Shown: positions 1 to 7,188, counted from the stretch's first letter. The stretch: DNA of 10,946 nucleotides from a virus (IMGVR_UViG_2531839193_000009), one strand, 5' to 3'. The notes: a model not told the origin generated them from the sequence alone. Numbers and translations are program-made.

Positions 1-191
1 TGTATGAATCCCGCCTGAAGGGAAAGCTGCACGTAATCAGCAAGCGATATACGCAGCGAATTGAGCGGCATAACCTGAATCTGAGGCAGCACCTGGCACG
101 GCTGGGACGGAAGTCGCTGTCGTTCTCAAAATCGGTGGAGCTGCATGACAAAGTCATCGGGCATTATCTGAACATAAAACACTATCAATAA
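1..191 (+). CDS. insB: IS1 InsB transposase, C-terminal fragment (partial at window edge)
   Basis: In frame with the 3' end of the insB ORF of the second IS1 copy (3204..3707); stop TAA at 189-191. Confidence 0.8.
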   Translation, partial: YESRLKGKLHVISKRYTQRIERHNLNLRQHLARLGRKSLSFSKSVELHDKVIGHYLNIKHYQ

Positions 192-206
192 GTTGGAGTC
201 ATTACC
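1..206 (+). mobile_element. IS1, 3' terminal 206 bp including right inverted repeat (window starts inside the element)
   Basis: Bases 1-206 are identical to 3517-3720 of the full IS1 copy in this window and continue to the canonical end ...GTTGGAGTCATTACC at 206. Confidence 0.9.
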
Positions 207-298
207 AAAAAAACCGCCGAAACGGGTTAAGTGCGGGTGCGTTGAGGATGCCTGACACATCAAAGGTGGCGGGAGATTACTCTCCCGCCTGGTCACTC

Positions 299-454
299 TT
301 ACTCTCTAGATTCGTAGTCTACGAAAACAGCGACCTCCGTCTGGCCGATTCGGATTCGTACCTCGCAGAGGTCTTTCCTCGTTACCAGTGCCGTCACAAT
401 GACGGTTAAACAGATGACGATCAGGGCGATTAACATCGCCTTTTGCTGCTTCAT
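299..454 (-). CDS. hok: Hok/Gef-family type I toxin, 51 aa (HokD/RelF-like)
   Basis: MKQQKAMLIALIVICLTVIVTALVTRKDLCEVRIRIGQTEVAVFVDYESRE closely matches HokD as I recall it (single TM helix, conserved C...C). ATG at 454-452 preceded by AAGGAGAAG Shine-Dalgarno. Confidence 0.85.
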   Translation of the reverse strand: MKQQKAMLIALIVICLTVIVTALVTRKDLCEVRIRIGQTEVAVFVDYESRE

Positions 455-511
455 AGCCTGCTTCTCCTTGCCTTTCGGCACGTAAGAGGCTAACCTACAT
501 TTGTGAGACAT
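299..511 (-). CDS. mok: Mok-like regulatory ORF, 70 aa, same-frame N-terminal extension of hok
   Basis: ATG at 511-509 opens a frame that runs into and shares the stop of hok, the arrangement recalled for chromosomal mok/hok pairs. Confidence 0.5.
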   Translation of the reverse strand: MSHKCRLASYVPKGKEKQAMKQQKAMLIALIVICLTVIVTALVTRKDLCEVRIRIGQTEVAVFVDYESRE

Positions 512-575
512 AGATTGGGCCTCAGATTAATGTTAAGCGTCTTGCAGGACGCGTAATGTTAACTGGGGCTTTTCT
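500..575 (+). ncRNA. sok: Putative Sok-like antisense RNA region (approximate placement)
   Basis: Possible promoter on + strand inside mok (TTGCCT 468-473, 17 bp, TAACCT 491-496) would give an RNA antisense to the mok start/SD. Ends not defined; placed by analogy with hok/sok. Confidence 0.2.
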
Positions 576-792
576 CTGTCTGCCTTACAGTGACATACCC
601 GAGGCAGACAGCCTCAAGCACCCGCAGCAATCTTACCGACACCGATAAGAAAACGCTATTTTTTATTGCCAGCACCATCTATCCAGGCTAGTTTATCTGC
701 GTCAGAACGGCGCAATGCGCTCGCCTGAGATACGTTTACTTGCCATGGTAACAACAGGTAACGGCAATTGCTGTTTCTGTTTTGTTTCCTTC

Positions 793-824
793 AAAAACCC
801 CGGACCATCAATCCGGGGTTTTTG
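793..824 (-). terminator. Rho-independent terminator, bidirectional, closing the minus-strand operon
   Basis: Stem CCCCGGA (798-804) / TCCGGGG (812-818), 7-nt loop, A5 on one side and T5 on the other; 5 nt past the stop of the 27-aa ORF. Confidence 0.75.
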
Positions 825-828
825 TTTG

Positions 829-912
829 TTAACCCCAACGGCAAATCGAATACACCACCAGCGCCACCGCCATCGCAATTCCTACCGTGGTGAATGCCTC
901 AGGCCAGGTCAT
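829..912 (-). CDS. 27-aa hydrophobic peptide MTWPEAFTTVGIAMAVALVVYSICRWG (not in ORF track, below its size cutoff)
   Basis: ATG 912-910 overlaps the TGA of the upstream gene (ATGA); GGAGG 7 nt upstream; single predicted TM segment; stop TAA 831-829 just before the terminator. Confidence 0.4.
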   Translation of the reverse strand: MTWPEAFTTVGIAMAVALVVYSICRWG

Positions 913-1274
913 TGATTCACCTCCTGCGGTGGTTCCGGTAGCGGCATCCAGTGAGTTGAGCTCTCTACTTCAACGCCGTCTTTGTCCACAAAAGCCATCT
1001 TATTCCCGCCACGAGTGGGGCAAAAAACCTTATCCCAGGAACCGGGGAATACATTCCCGAGATCATCGAGAAGAATCACATCGCAATATTCAGCAGGAAC
1101 TGCATCACTACAGCTTATCCAGCCAGCCGGAGCTACCGGAGAGTTGCCAGCCTTACGCATGGCCATTTCCACGATTTCAACCATATCTCCTGGTGGAATT
1201 TTACAAAGTTGCCCAATACATTTCTGCTGCCTGGCATATTCGAGAATGTGCTCCAGTTTGGTTCGATTAATCAT
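909..1274 (-). CDS. Hypothetical protein, 121 aa, five Cys, no family recognised
   Basis: ORF track; start ATG 1274-1272 overlaps upstream stop (TAATG) and stop overlaps the next start (ATGA). Confidence 0.6.
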   Translation of the reverse strand: MINRTKLEHILEYARQQKCIGQLCKIPPGDMVEIVEMAMRKAGNSPVAPAGWISCSDAVPAEYCDVILLDDLGNVFPGSWDKVFCPTRGGNKMAFVDKDGVEVESSTHWMPLPEPPQEVNQ

Positions 1275-1939
1275 TATTTATCTCCCTTAAGCATGGCAGC
1301 GCGGCAGGCGTTCCAGCCATCAACATAATCAAACGTATTACTATCGTTTGGCCCGATTTCATCCGGCACTATCGGCTCTGGTTGGATAGTGACGTTGGCA
1401 AAGGCAGCACGCAAACCGGTTTTAATTTCTTCGATTTCATCAGAGCCAAGCGATGAATCTGACAGTGCGTGATGGAATGCGTAAGCCATGTCGTCGTTTA
1501 CTGCAACCGGCACTGCCGGCGCTGCGTAAAGCGGTGTTATATCTGCCCGAAAATCACATGCTTTATGCAGTCGTACCCAACACTCAACTTCCGCTTTGTC
1601 AAAATATATAGCAGTGAACGTATTAGATTCCTGGTCAACTTGAGTAAACGTCACCTTCCACGCTACAGCTACGGCTTTCCATCCATCAGGTTGTCGCATT
1701 CGCGGGGCAGCATAAAGCTCATGCATTCCATCAGGCAGCGAGTGACCCACATACTCACCGAACCCGTCAATACACATGCCCCCATCTTCAACAATGCATT
1801 CCGCTACAGGCTCTGCTTCCAGTGATGCCAGAGCGATAAGCGCCAGTTCACGAATTTCACCGCCGTCTATATCGTCAATATCATCGCGGCCAGAAATGTT
1901 AGCCAGCCATTGCAGTCGCTCTTTGGTAATAGTGGTCAT
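1274..1939 (-). CDS. Hypothetical strongly acidic protein, 221 aa
   Basis: Longest ORF here; ATG 1939-1937 overlaps the HNH stop (ATGA); about 39 Asp/Glu versus 17 Lys/Arg; LYAAP motif occurs twice. Confidence 0.65.
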   Translation of the reverse strand: MTTITKERLQWLANISGRDDIDDIDGGEIRELALIALASLEAEPVAECIVEDGGMCIDGFGEYVGHSLPDGMHELYAAPRMRQPDGWKAVAVAWKVTFTQVDQESNTFTAIYFDKAEVECWVRLHKACDFRADITPLYAAPAVPVAVNDDMAYAFHHALSDSSLGSDEIEEIKTGLRAAFANVTIQPEPIVPDEIGPNDSNTFDYVDGWNACRAAMLKGDK

Positions 1940-2301
1940 GCCGTAGCCCCTTCTTGATATTTTTCAAACCAGAACACAACCGGGTCAGATTTCATTTCAA
2001 CCAATCCCATACGAACCAGCGCTTTGCCTTTCCCGGACGCAAGGAATTCACGACGACCATCACTGATAATTCGTCGATAATCTTCCAGGCTACTGCAATG
2101 CTTGTGCAGATTGCATGGGTGGCATGCTGGTACCATGTTGGATATATCGTCACGTTCCTGGTGAAGCATATTTCCATCAAAACGAATGACCGGTTTTACA
2201 TGGTCTGCATGCCACTTTTCGCCAAGTTCGCAGCCGCAATAAGCGCAGCGACCACCGAACTTCATGCGCAGTTCTGCACGTTGTTTTTTCGTCAGTGCCA
2301 T
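1936..2301 (-). CDS. HNH endonuclease, 121 aa
   Basis: From the internal ATG at 2301: CAYCGC...HADHVKPV...N...ACHPCNLHK, a classic HNH/zinc-finger motif; AAGGAAA Shine-Dalgarno upstream. Confidence 0.8.
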   Translation of the reverse strand: MALTKKQRAELRMKFGGRCAYCGCELGEKWHADHVKPVIRFDGNMLHQERDDISNMVPACHPCNLHKHCSSLEDYRRIISDGRREFLASGKGKALVRMGLVEMKSDPVVFWFEKYQEGATA

Positions 2302-2302
2302 A

Positions 2303-2521
2303 TCAGCTTTCCTTATACGGATTAATTTTATTGTGCAGTGTGTTGAATGACGCCCATACCACGTCGTTATACAATTCAATAACTGGCTCAATTATTTTTC
2401 CGATTATCCAGACAAAAATTAGCGGGGATATCGGTGTCATCAACACGATAAACAGAATGAGAAACAGGAATTCTGTTGTTCTACTCTTTCGCGGATATTT
2501 TTTTCTAAATAATGTAACCAT
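2303..2521 (-). CDS. Small membrane protein, 72 aa (basic N-terminus, hydrophobic core)
   Basis: ORF track; FLFLILFIVLMTPISPLIFVWIIG hydrophobic segment; stop TGA ends 1 nt before the HNH start; weak SD, so start uncertain. Confidence 0.45.
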   Translation of the reverse strand: MVTLFRKKYPRKSRTTEFLFLILFIVLMTPISPLIFVWIIGKIIEPVIELYNDVVWASFNTLHNKINPYKES

Positions 2522-2613
2522 TCATTACCGCCCTTTCGAGCGGTCTCCTGATGATTTGAGGGTGCAGAAATCCCTCCGGTTAAGGATTAAATTTTTAACA
2601 GTGCTAAATTTAA

Positions 2614-2954
2614 TTATTCAGTTCTGGATTTTGTCGCCCTGCGTATCCGCGCTTTCGCGTTACGCTCAATCTGTATCAGCTTTTCTATATTTCTCCGCCT
2701 TTCCTGTTCCTCCTGGCGCAATAGCCTTACATCATCTGCCAGTCTGGTTTCTCTTTTTGCCACAGAGAGCATCCAGTCAAACGGCTCCACAACCGCACCG
2801 CAGATTTTACAGCGGACCTGACGCTCTTTTTCGTCAACCCGGACAGAGGCGTGATGGCAATATGGTCTTTCCGATGGTTCATAAAGAAAATTAACCTGAT
2901 TACGTGGGTCATCCTCTTTTACCGGAAATAAAACGATATTGCTTAACTCATCTT
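2614..2954 (-). pseudogene. 3' portion of a Zn-ribbon-like phage gene, cut at its 5' side by IS1
   Basis: Frame identified by the 112-bp repeat shared with 4983-5094, in which both mismatches are synonymous; encodes ...VRVDEKERQVRCKICGAVVEPFDWM...RRATKSRTE, stop TAA 2616-2614. Confidence 0.5.
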
Positions 2955-3009
2955 GGTGATGCTGCCAACTTACTGATTTAGTGTATGATGGTGTTTTTGA
3001 GGTGCTCCA

Positions 3010-3285
3010 GTGGCTTCTGTTTCTATCAGCTGTCCCTCCTGTTCAGCTACTGACGGGGTGGTGCGTAACGGCAAAAGCACTGCCGGACATCAGCGCTATC
3101 TCTGCTCTCACTGCCGTAAAACATGGCAACTGCAGTTCACTTACACCGCTTCTCAACCCGGTACGCACCAGAAAATCATTGATATGGCCATGAATGGCGT
3201 TGGATGCCGGGCAACAGCACGCATTATGGGCGTTGGCCTCAACACGATTTTACGTCACTTAAAAAACTCAGGCCGCAGTCGGTAA
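3010..3285 (+). CDS. insA: IS1 InsA, 91 aa
   Basis: ORF track; N-terminal CxxC...CxxC zinc finger, then HTH, as expected for InsA. Confidence 0.9.
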
Positions 3286-3707
3286 CCTCGCGCATACAGC
3301 CGGGCAGTGACGTCATCGTCTGCGCGGAAATGGACGAACAGTGGGGCTATGTCGGGGCTAAATCGCGCCAGCGCTGGCTGTTTTACGCGTATGACAGTCT
3401 CCGGAAGACGGTTGTTGCGCACGTATTCGGTGAACGCACTATGGCGACGCTGGGGCGTCTTATGAGCCTGCTGTCACCCTTTGACGTGGTGATATGGATG
3501 ACGGATGGCTGGCCGCTGTATGAATCCCGCCTGAAGGGAAAGCTGCACGTAATCAGCAAGCGATATACGCAGCGAATTGAGCGGCATAACCTGAATCTGA
3601 GGCAGCACCTGGCACGGCTGGGACGGAAGTCGCTGTCGTTCTCAAAATCGGTGGAGCTGCATGACAAAGTCATCGGGCATTATCTGAACATAAAACACTA
3701 TCAATAA
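3204..3707 (+). CDS. insB: IS1 insB reading frame (made as InsAB' by -1 frameshift in IS1)
   Basis: ORF track frame overlapping the insA 3' end; 3' part identical to window bases 1-191. Confidence 0.85.
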
Positions 3708-3762
3708 GTTGGAGTCATTATGAGGTAGCCTGAGTTTAACGGACACTCCTTCCTGAAATAGA

Positions 3763-4071
3763 ATGGCATCAGAAGGAGCTAATAATGAGCAGAAAACCCA
3801 ACGTTACTCTAAAGAGTTCAAAGCCGAAGCTGTCAGAACGGTTCCTGAAAATCAACTTTCGATCAGTGAAGGCGCTTCCCGATTATCTCTTCCTGAAGGC
3901 ACTTTAGGACAATGGGTTACCGCCGCCAGAAAAGGGCTCGGTACTCCTGGTTCCCGCACGGTGGCTGAACTGGAATCTGAAATTCTGCAACTGCGTAAGG
4001 CGTTAAATGAAGCTCGCCTTGAGCGAGATATATTAAAAAAGCAACAGCGTATTTTGCACAGGAGTCGCTGA
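3763..4071 (+). pseudogene. IS600 orfA, altered: 1-bp deletions in two A-runs change the N- and C-termini
   Basis: A4 at 3793-3796 versus A5 in the other copies puts the canonical ATG (3785) out of frame; A6G at 4035-4041 versus A7G changes the C-terminus to KQQRILHRSR. Confidence 0.7.
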
Positions 4072-4120
4072 AAAATACGCGTTAATCGAACAATGGCGAC
4101 AACAATTTCCCATTGAAGCG

Positions 4121-4939
4121 ATGTGTCAGGTATTTGGTGTATCCAGGAGCGGTTATTACAACTGGGTACGGCATGAACCCTCAGACAGAAAACAAAGTGA
4201 TGAGCGGCTAAAACTGGAGATTAAGGTGGCACATATCCGCACTCGCGAAACATATGGAACCCGGCGGCTCCAGACGGAGCTGGCAGAGAATGGCATCATC
4301 GTTGGTCGTGACCGACTGGCACGTCTTCGTAAGGAGCTAAGGCTACGCTGTAAGCAGAAACGCAAGTTCAGAGCGACTACGAACTCGAACCACAATCTGC
4401 CAGTTGCGCCAAATCTGCTGAACCAGACGTTCGCTCCTACAGCACCAAATCAGGTCTGGGTGGCGGACCTGACGTATGTTGCCACACAGGAGGGATGGTT
4501 GTACCTCGCTGGCATCAAAGATGTTTATACGTGCGAAATTGTCGGCTACGCCATGGGAGAGCGCATGACAAAAGAGCTGACAGGTAAAGCCCTGTTTATG
4601 GCGCTCAGGAGCCAGCGCCCACCTGCCGGGCTAATCCACCACTCTGATCGAGGTTCACAGTACTGCGCATACGATTACCGGGTCATACAGGAGCAGTCTG
4701 GTCTGAAAACATCAATGTCGCGTAAAGGTAACTGTTACGACAACGCTCCGATGGAAAGCTTCTGGGGAACGCTGAAAAATGAGAGCCTGAGCCACTATCG
4801 TTTTAATAACCGGGATGAAGCCATCTCAGTAATACGGGAATACATTGAGATTTTCTACAATCGTCAGCGTCGTCACTCTCGTCTGGGGAATATCTCCCCG
4901 GCAGCCTTCAGGGAAAAATATCATCAGATGGCTGCTTAA
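4121..4939 (+). CDS. IS600 orfB, transposase catalytic (DDE) part, 272 aa frame intact
   Basis: ORF track; the same protein appears disrupted in the inverted copy at 9437-10304. Confidence 0.8.
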   Translation: MCQVFGVSRSGYYNWVRHEPSDRKQSDERLKLEIKVAHIRTRETYGTRRLQTELAENGIIVGRDRLARLRKELRLRCKQKRKFRATTNSNHNLPVAPNLLNQTFAPTAPNQVWVADLTYVATQEGWLYLAGIKDVYTCEIVGYAMGERMTKELTGKALFMALRSQRPPAGLIHHSDRGSQYCAYDYRVIQEQSGLKTSMSRKGNCYDNAPMESFWGTLKNESLSHYRFNNRDEAISVIREYIEIFYNRQRRHSRLGNISPAAFREKYHQMAA

Positions 4940-4981
4940 AAAAGAACAAATGGTAGTGTCCGCTATTGCCAGTACACCTCA

Positions 4982-5110
4982 TACAGAGGCGTGATGGCAA
5001 TATGGTCTTTCCGATGGCTCATAAAGAAAATTAACCTGATTACGAGGGTCATCCTCTTTTACCGGAAATAAAACGATATTGCTTAACTCATCTTCTGGTT
5101 TTATTTCCAT
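4982..5110 (-). pseudogene. 5' portion of the Zn-ribbon-like gene, cut at its 3' side by IS600
   Basis: ATG 5110-5108 with AGGAGAGGAG SD (alternative ATG 5167); frame MEIKPEDELSNIVLFPVKEDDPRNQVNFLYEPSERPYCHHASV ends in a stop supplied by the IS600 terminus (4981-4979). Confidence 0.5.
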
Positions 5111-5167
5111 GCTCCTCTCCTTTGATGCGAATGCCAGCGGTAATTGAAGCCTGATAGCTAATTTCAT

Positions 5168-5590
5168 TCACAGTATCGCCTCCTGAAAATTACCCTGATA
5201 GAAAGCCAGTACACGCTGCATAGCTTCGCTCTTCCGGCACTCGCGACAGATTATATTCAGGCGCCTGTCGTAGCGGCGTATTTCTCCGTCAGGTAATGAC
5301 CAGATAAGGTCCGGATCAACAACAACCGGTTTCCTCACCTTTACTCTCGAGAGTTTTTTGCGGGCGCTTTGCCAGTCCTTGCGAGCCTGTTCAGACGGGA
5401 ATAAGCCGTAGCCAGAATTATATACATCACCACTTGCGACCAGTTCTATGCATAAGCGACCGACAGACGCACGACTGATACCTGTTTCATCTGACAACTG
5501 CCGAATCGTGACCCGACCGTCCTGATGCACGAGTTCCACAATTCGCGTCTTCAGTTCTTCCCGCTGTTCGGGAGTAAAAGGTTTCGCCAT
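5168..5590 (-). CDS. Helix-turn-helix DNA-binding protein, 140 aa
   Basis: ORF track; AGGAGG SD 6 nt upstream; segment VTIRQLSDETGISRASVGRLCIEL resembles a winged-helix/HTH. Confidence 0.7.
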   Translation of the reverse strand: MAKPFTPEQREELKTRIVELVHQDGRVTIRQLSDETGISRASVGRLCIELVASGDVYNSGYGLFPSEQARKDWQSARKKLSRVKVRKPVVVDPDLIWSLPDGEIRRYDRRLNIICRECRKSEAMQRVLAFYQGNFQEAIL

Positions 5591-5604
5591 AAATCCTCCT
5601 GAAA

Positions 5605-6351
5605 CTACTTAACAACCCTCGAATGGCTAACATTCGGACGCCAGCTCTCCCAGTTAAAATTCACCCAGCGCCCGCCGTTCATGACCATGCGATCCATCAC
5701 CCGCTCGCCGAGCAATGTTTTCATCACCTCATAGTTCAGGTTTGTCAGCATCCCCACGCTGCGCATCGACGCTGTCCGGCGATCAACAATCTGGTGCAGC
5801 ACCACCTGCTCGTTTTTCGTCTCGCGCTGAATGCCAATTTCATCAAGAACCAGCAGATCCACTTCGCACAGCTCCCGCAAAAATTTTTCGCCTGACTGCC
5901 CGTCGTCATAGCTGGCGTGCAGGGCGCTCATAACATCAGCCACGGTAACCACAATCACTGTCTGACCGTCTTTCAGCAGGCGATTCCCGATAGCTGCCGC
6001 TAAGTGATTCTTCCCGGTACCAGGTTTTCCGCTGAACGCAAAATTTGTACACCCGGTCATCAGTTCATCGGCGATGGATTTCGCCTGGCTTAACGCGTAT
6101 CGCTGGCCGTCGTTCTGCACCTGGTAATTCGCAAACGAGCATTTACGGTGCAACGGCTGGATGCCTGAGCGATTCAGAATTTTTTCCACCCGCAACTGGC
6201 GATTCAGGCGGTTGATCTCCTCGCTACGTTTCTGGCCTTCAGCAAGTTGCCACTCGCGCCACTCCGCTACCGTTCTGAATGGGGCGGTTACATGTGGCGG
6301 GGTCAGTCGGCGGATGCGTTCCAGAACGCCGCCTGTCGCAATATTTTTCAT
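5605..6351 (-). CDS. DnaC-like helicase loader ATPase (YdaV-like), 248 aa
   Basis: Walker A GKPGTGKNHLAAAIG and Walker B LLVLDEIG; AGGGGG SD; directly downstream of the initiator-like gene. Confidence 0.85.
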   Translation of the reverse strand: MKNIATGGVLERIRRLTPPHVTAPFRTVAEWREWQLAEGQKRSEEINRLNRQLRVEKILNRSGIQPLHRKCSFANYQVQNDGQRYALSQAKSIADELMTGCTNFAFSGKPGTGKNHLAAAIGNRLLKDGQTVIVVTVADVMSALHASYDDGQSGEKFLRELCEVDLLVLDEIGIQRETKNEQVVLHQIVDRRTASMRSVGMLTNLNYEVMKTLLGERVMDRMVMNGGRWVNFNWESWRPNVSHSRVVK

Positions 6352-6706
6352 GGTCCGTTACCCCCTGAAGCCTGGCGGGATCGCACTGTCCGGCAACGAG
6401 ACGGTGTTAACCTGTCGGAGCAACGTCTCAGGCCGAACACCTTTCGGCGCGAACAGGCCCTGGTATTCATTGGCGATGCTGTGTCGAATCACCTGCTCAG
6501 GTGTAAAACCCTGCTGACGGAATTTTTCCAGTTCCCGTATCGCCCCGTTAGCGCCCTGCTCCGTTCGAATCGGTTTTCGCAATGCCTGTCTGAACCGGAC
6601 CCACTCATGCCAGAGTGTTTCCGGCAACCAATCGGGCAGCTCAATAGCCTCCGGCTCGAATTTTTTAGACGCTCGTTTTTGGCGAGGGGGAGATCAGTAT
6701 TTAGAT

Positions 6707-6744
6707 CTTCCTCTTCCTCTTCCTCTTCCTCTTCCTCTTCCTCT
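6707..6744. repeat. (CTTCCT)6 hexanucleotide microsatellite, coding poly-Glu in the initiator-like gene
   Basis: Six perfect tandem CTTCCT units seen directly. Confidence 0.9.
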
Positions 6745-6745
6745 G

Positions 6746-6833
6746 GTAACGCTTTTTGATCCGTTTGTGTAACGCTGGCAGCGTTACCTTTTCGTTTCAG
6801 TTCGCGTATTTTTGTTACTCGCTCGTTTGTAAC
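6746..6833. promoter_or_regulatory. Array of GTAAC/GTTAC sites including the 19-bp palindrome GTAACGCTGGCAGCGTTAC (6769-6787); candidate iterons or origin
   Basis: GTAACGC at 6746, palindrome 6769-6787, GTTAC 6814, GTAAC 6829, spaced 15-27 bp, inside the linker-coding part of the initiator-like gene. Confidence 0.35.
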
Positions 6834-6977
6834 CGCCCGTTTTTTTTAGAGCTTTTTCCGTTATGACGTTCAAAGTTAGGTAGAGAAAGCCCACCGTCAT
6901 TTTCGACCAGCCATCCAACCTGAATTAACGCATCAGCAAAACCAGACATAAAAGTGATGCGATCTATTGCACTTTTT

Positions 6978-6996
6978 GTAACGCCGCGAGCGTTAC
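6978..6996. promoter_or_regulatory. Second copy of the 19-bp palindrome (GTAACGC-CGCGA-GCGTTAC)
   Basis: Same arms as the other two copies; lies inside the initiator-like coding region. Confidence 0.35.
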
Positions 6997-7169
6997 AATC
7001 TGCATTACCGTCTATCATTTGTTGATCCGCCCATGCCCAGAAGCGAATAACCTTCCCTAATGCGGCATCTGGATCAATATTCAGAATCTCAGCAAGCCTG
7101 AATATTTCCGGCTTATCCGGCGTAATAACCTCGAGCTTTATCCAGTTTGAAGCCATTTGTTTTCACCTT

Positions 7170-7188
7170 GTAACGCTCGCAGCGTTAC
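7170..7188. promoter_or_regulatory. Third copy of the palindrome (GTAACGCT-CGC-AGCGTTAC), just upstream of the initiator-like gene RBS
   Basis: Sits 14 nt upstream of the ATG at 7156, next to the AAGGTGA SD; candidate operator or 5'-UTR hairpin. Confidence 0.4.

Larger units (their letters stand above)
2955..3720 (+). mobile_element. IS1, essentially complete (766 bp; last 2 bp of right end replaced by the IS600 start)
   Basis: Begins GGTGATGCTGCCAACTTACTGAT, contains insA and insB, ends ...GTTGGAGTCATTA abutting IS600. Confidence 0.95.
3721..4981 (+). mobile_element. IS600-like IS3-family element, full length, with homopolymer indels
   Basis: Ends TGAGGTAGCC...AGTACACCTCA (TG...CA); orfA/orfB organisation; matches the two other copies in the window. 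Confidence 0.9.
6358..7156 (-). pseudogene. Replication-initiator-like gene (YdaU-like), broken by two 1-nt shortfalls in A-runs
   Basis: Frames 7156-6815, 6848-6667 and 6627-6358 join into one 266-aa ORF if A8 (6840-6847) were A9 and A6 (6661-6666) were A7; middle frame encodes a 12-Glu linker. Confidence 0.6.

Noticed and set aside
715-915. 66-aa + strand ORF
   Set aside because: Runs straight through the terminator hairpin and antisense to the 27-aa peptide; no support.
887-2325. Plus-strand ORFs 887..1270, 982..1290, 1469..1825, 1954..2325
   Set aside because: Shadow ORFs antisense to the translationally coupled minus-strand operon; no RBS or motifs; the HNH motif fixes the coding strand.
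2295-2894. 199-aa + strand ORF
   Set aside because: Low-complexity translation with no motifs; overlaps antisense the better-supported minus-strand membrane gene and the synonymous-substitution-supported Zn-ribbon frame.
2727-2912. 61-aa minus-strand ORF overlapping the Zn-ribbon gene 3' part
   Set aside because: Wrong frame: the two mismatches between the 112-bp repeats are synonymous only in the other frame.
4156-4395. 79-aa minus-strand ORF inside IS600 orfB (also 10030..10269 in the inverted copy)
   Set aside because: Antisense to the transposase frame; typical shadow ORF within IS600.
6707-6744. Possible CRISPR-like repeat
   Set aside because: Simple hexanucleotide microsatellite with no spacers; lies inside a coding frame as poly-Glu.
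5623-6759. Plus-strand ORFs 5623..5895, 5715..5933, 6161..6517, 6247..6759 (poly-Ser tail)
   Set aside because: Antisense to the DnaC-like and initiator-like genes; the poly-Ser is just the reverse reading of the poly-Glu microsatellite.
6769-7188. The 19-bp palindromes as intrinsic terminators
   Set aside because: No adjacent T-run on either strand; two of the three lie inside coding sequence.
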